Positions 62,265 through 64,000 of a stretch of DNA of 64,000 bases are shown here, piece after piece. A model generated the notes under the pieces. The model saw only the letters and a list, made by a program, of their open reading frames with translations, was not told the DNA's origin and ran no database searches. Source of the stretch: Lytechinus pictus (taxonomy: Eukaryota); assembly GCF_037042905.1 (NCBI RefSeq), contig NC_087263.1:13330001-13394000 (forward strand), written 5' to 3'. The stretch's first letter is position 1, and every line of letters starts with the position of its first letter. Position numbers and translations under genes: made by a program.

Positions 62265-62769
62265 GTACAAATAAAAGCCCATTAGCTTCGAATATTTGGT
62301 CCTTGTAGCACACCACTTAGCTTATAAACTTGGGGTCCTTGTATTTAAATCTCCACCCTACATATCAGAGCTCTTATCTCAGCATAGACCAACACACAGT
62401 CTCAGATCAGCAGCTCAAGCATTGCTGAGGGAATCTCTCAGCTACACAACCTGGGGTGACAGAGCCTTCTACATCTCTGGACCAAAGCTGTGGAACAGCC
62501 TTCCCCAATTTATCAGGAGAGCAGAGACTCAATCAACTTTTGAGTCTTACCTGAAGACCTTTCTGTTCCCCACTCCAACATTATCCCAAGACAAGAATAA
62601 CTCAATTGTAGCATTACTAGGACAGTACTTGAACTAAATGATGATCCTAAGCACTGTTTGAAGACATTGAAATTAGTGAGATATTTCCTATTTTTGAGCC
62701 AGCGCCATGAGCGCCCAGCCGAGGCGGATACCGGCGCTTTACAAGAACCCATCATCATCATCATCATCA
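62265..62769 (+). mobile_element. L2 LINE 3' fragment
   Basis: YKLGVLVFK..PPYISELL..SLRS..GDRAF..GPKLWNSLP..LKTFLF, 3' AGCGCC..GGCGCT stem and (CAT)n tail. Confidence 0.9.
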
Positions 62770-63074
62770 CTTGTCTTGGTGGTGAATATGAGTACTTGCT
62801 TGGATCACAAGATCTCTGGGCATGCTTAATAAGAGTAACAATGGGCATTTGCCTATACGAGCGACATGAAAGCCATTCATAAATTCATGATGAAGGCTTA
62901 AAGTGCATTATAGGCATCTTTCTCAGATACAGGAATCGTGATTAGACGTTCTTGCTGAATCCAGTTGCTGCTTCATGATGAAGCATCCATTTTCTGTTCT
63001 TTCCTCTTTGATAAATCTCCTATGGCAACCATCTCCAAATGTTAAAGCTACAGTTTCTAAGTAAGTCGTATGCA

Positions 63075-64000
63075 AATAATAATATTAATTTCCTGATATT
63101 TATGGTAAACAAAAATTCCTCAGTGAGACAATGAACAAACCAGATGGAGGACTAAGCCAGATTATTGCCTTTCCAACAAGAGGACACAACATAATGGAAC
63201 ACCCTTAACATCACCATCAAATACCATCCAACATTGATTAGACAGTGTGTACCACTTCCAGGATTTATTTGCCACAATGTGCTACTCATGGTATACTGTG
63301 AGGTTATCCAGAGAAATAAACAATTTATGGTACGACTATAAGGATGTACTCTGGAGGAATGCTGACTTTAATAGTGTCATGCAGATGTACTTTGGACAAT
63401 CATACAACTCTCTGTATACTGAAATCCAACAAGTCGAGCATAGGAGACTGAATGCCAATCAGGAGGACTTTAACAAGAACACACCGTTAACCATGTCTTC
63501 TTCCGACACAAGTTGCCTCAATGAGACAATGGACATAAGTTGTGTAGGAAGATGTCAAGAGTTTTTGAGAAAGGCTAGGAAGGCTTGCTCATTTTAGAGC
63601 TCCAAAAGCATCAGTAAGGTAAAGCTCAGAATTGCTACAATGCATTAAAGAGGACCATATGAGGGTTTGTAGACAAGCCTATAATACATGATTTGTTGAC
63701 CGGATTGACAATGATCCAGGCTGTAACAATTAGCATGTTGGGAGCCCTTAATATCAATAGCTATGACTAAATTGGAATATCATTATTAAAGGAAGGCAAA
63801 GATTTTTAGTCTTAGTATTCACCACTGATCATGATGATGATGACGCTGAAGTCCTGACCCAGACATGGCCAGATAACATATTGTTTAGTCAAGCAGGTGT
63901 AGCCAGACTACTGAAGAAATTGTTAAAGAAAACAACCTGCATGAAGCTACTAGGCCAGACGGAATCTCTGCTGCACTTTATGAGACTACTCATCAGATCT
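63075..64000 (+). mobile_element. Decayed CR1-group LINE ORF2 (EN end to RT start), runs off the right edge
   Basis: Frameshifted remnants: QIIAFPTR, TLNI..HPTLIRQCVPLPG..H (EN C-terminus), INNLW..YK, VFTTD, GVARLLKKL and EATRPDGIS (a KA.GPD.I equivalent). Confidence 0.75.

Noticed and set aside
62296-62637. 113-aa ORF as a host gene
   Set aside because: It is the C-terminus of an L2 ORF2 followed by a LINE tail.
63247-63597. 116-aa ORF as a host gene
   Set aside because: It lies within a frameshifted CR1 ORF2 remnant with EN and RT motifs on either side.

Overview
AT-rich eukaryotic, non-coding DNA from a draft assembly with four N-gaps. The SINE, MITE and CR1 repertoire looks like a marine deuterostome, most likely a sea urchin; this is inferred from repeat style, not proven. 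I found no confident host protein-coding gene, RNA gene or CRISPR array. Retroelements dominate: one near-complete two-ORF CR1-group LINE whose ORF2 has an in-frame deletion of the RT N-terminal half, an apparently open RT fragment at the left edge, a decayed CR1 at the right edge, CR1, L2 and Vingi/Ingi-like 3' fragments, and four tRNA-headed SINEs with L2-like tails. There are also more than 25 MITEs, often nested: TA-flanked CACT..AGTG, TTAA-flanked AGG..CCT (Kolobok-like), PIF/Harbinger-like, and a foldback-type element. Microsatellites and three unusual tandem arrays complete the repeat content. Between the repeats lie CpG-richer unique patches carrying AP-1, octamer, CCAAT and homeodomain motifs, consistent with a cis-regulatory landscape in a large intron or gene desert. 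Best leads: the EN-intact, RT-crippled LINE (16.5-20.2 kb); a helically phased triple-CCAAT/octamer promoter candidate followed by a signal-peptide-like mini-exon (32.9-33.2 kb); an array of intron-like units (55.0-56.6 kb); and an octamer-palindrome-rich duplication (61-62 kb). I see no firm evidence of a wholly new system; these are hypotheses.
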